DNA from: Blastocatellia bacterium
GTDB lineage: Bacteria; Acidobacteriota; Blastocatellia; UBA7656
DNA: 64,000 nucleotides
NCBI GenBank assembly: GCA_963765495.1
Contig: CAVXWP010000007.1
Span: 640,001 to 704,000, forward strand
Reading direction: 5' to 3'
Shown piece by piece: positions 63,194 to 64,000 of this stretch; positions within the stretch are counted from its first letter, which is position 1; the number at the start of each line of letters is the position of its first letter. The notes under the pieces were generated by a model, which did no database searches, was not told the origin of the DNA, and saw only the letters and a program-made list of their open reading frames with translations. The position numbers and the translations under genes were made by a program.

Positions 63194-63260
63194 GCCACAA
63201 AGACACAGAGGCACAGAGAAAGGAATACAAACAATCTCTGTGCCTCTGTGTCTTTGTGGC
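63194..63260. repeat. 8-mer (CACARAGR) tandem inverted-repeat element with perfect 26-bp arms
   Basis: GCCACAAAGACACAGAGGCACAGAGA-15 nt-TCTCTGTGCCTCTGTGTCTTTGTGGC. Confidence 0.92.
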
Positions 63261-63408
63261 TATTATGAACCGTTCGACAATGTTGAATCGAAAGAGCGAT
63301 TGACTGTATAGTTTTATCACAGCATCTTATTTCATCGAAGCGCCGGTCAGTTAATCGAGATAAATACTCGATTGCAGCAAGAATGCAAAAGGGAGTTTTG
63401 TCAGGCAT

Positions 63409-64000
63409 ATGTTCAAATTTAGGATAGCGCTGTTTATTATCCTGCTCGCGTTTATATCTCTTGCAGGGCCGATCACGCCCTTTATTTACCCTGTGAAGGC
63501 GCAATCGGAAGCCTCGGCGGAACCGGGCGTATTTCGCTCAAAAACCCTTGAGATGACTGTAAAGGCCGGATTCGGCAAGGTCGAAATAAATTATTACTCG
63601 GGCATCTGGGTCCCCTTCCGCATTATGATAGCCAATCAGGGCGAGCCTATAACGGGCCGCCTCGTCGTGACTGCCGAATCTCAGCCAAATCCAAATCCGC
63701 AACTGCGCAATTTCGTAAAGGATGTTCAAATACCTACCGGCTCGCGCCAGTTTCACGAGATACCCGTTTATCTCAGCTCAGGCCATAAAGACCCGGTTAT
63801 CAACCTCGTCTCCGGCGGCGAAGTTTTAGCCGGTACCACAATCAGGGTAGAGCGTAATTACGGGCGCGACCAGGAGCTTGACATCGCCGTAGTCGATACG
63901 GATTCGACTACGCTCAACAATCTCACCTCGGCCGATATATATCGCTTCCCCGGAAGAGAGCCGTTCAAGCCCGGCCCGCTCCCGACCGCAACCGCGCAGG
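63409..64000 (+). CDS. Secreted/membrane hypothetical protein, 3' end truncated by the window edge
   Basis: MFKFRIALFIILLAFISLAG signal, G.WVPFRI.I.NQG; frame open to the window end (not in the supplied ORF track). Confidence 0.75.
   Translation, partial: MFKFRIALFIILLAFISLAGPITPFIYPVKAQSEASAEPGVFRSKTLEMTVKAGFGKVEINYYSGIWVPFRIMIANQGEPITGRLVVTAESQPNPNPQLRNFVKDVQIPTGSRQFHEIPVYLSSGHKDPVINLVSGGEVLAGTTIRVERNYGRDQELDIAVVDTDSTTLNNLTSADIYRFPGREPFKPGPLPTATAQ

Overview
This is a 64 kb chromosomal window, probably from an Acidobacterium of class Blastocatellia/subdivision 4 or similar. That assignment rests on the 16S 5' sequence and on ADOP permeases next to an acidobacterial-type PadR, and it was not checked against a database. 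The window holds about 50 protein genes covering sugar oxidation, a Mo-enzyme, stress proteins, c-di-GMP signalling, an RRM/DEAD-helicase/IF-1 cluster, EttA, MsrB, a minor type IV pilin cluster, a PP2C phosphatase and MetB. It also holds a complete rRNA operon (16S-tRNAIle-tRNAAla-23S-5S). There is no CRISPR array, integrase, transposase or reverse transcriptase. Three signals stand out. (1) Just after the 5S gene, a TIR-FGE/CLec gene ends in about 150 bp that look like a diversity-generating-retroelement variable region: an abrupt GC rise, adenine depletion, NNY codons at the hypervariable positions and a downstream GC hairpin. A vestigial kinase N-terminus precedes it. This would be a remote DGR target acting as a possible immune-type sensor. 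(2) At least 14 non-coding elements are built from tandem 7-, 8- or 9-mers in inverted arms. One forms an intervening sequence in 23S helix 45 and has a close relative in an intergenic region, another sits in the ITS, and a lone tandem arm is built into a prepilin leader. (3) An IF-1 gene appears to start at ATT. All calls come from reading the sequence by eye; no searches were run.
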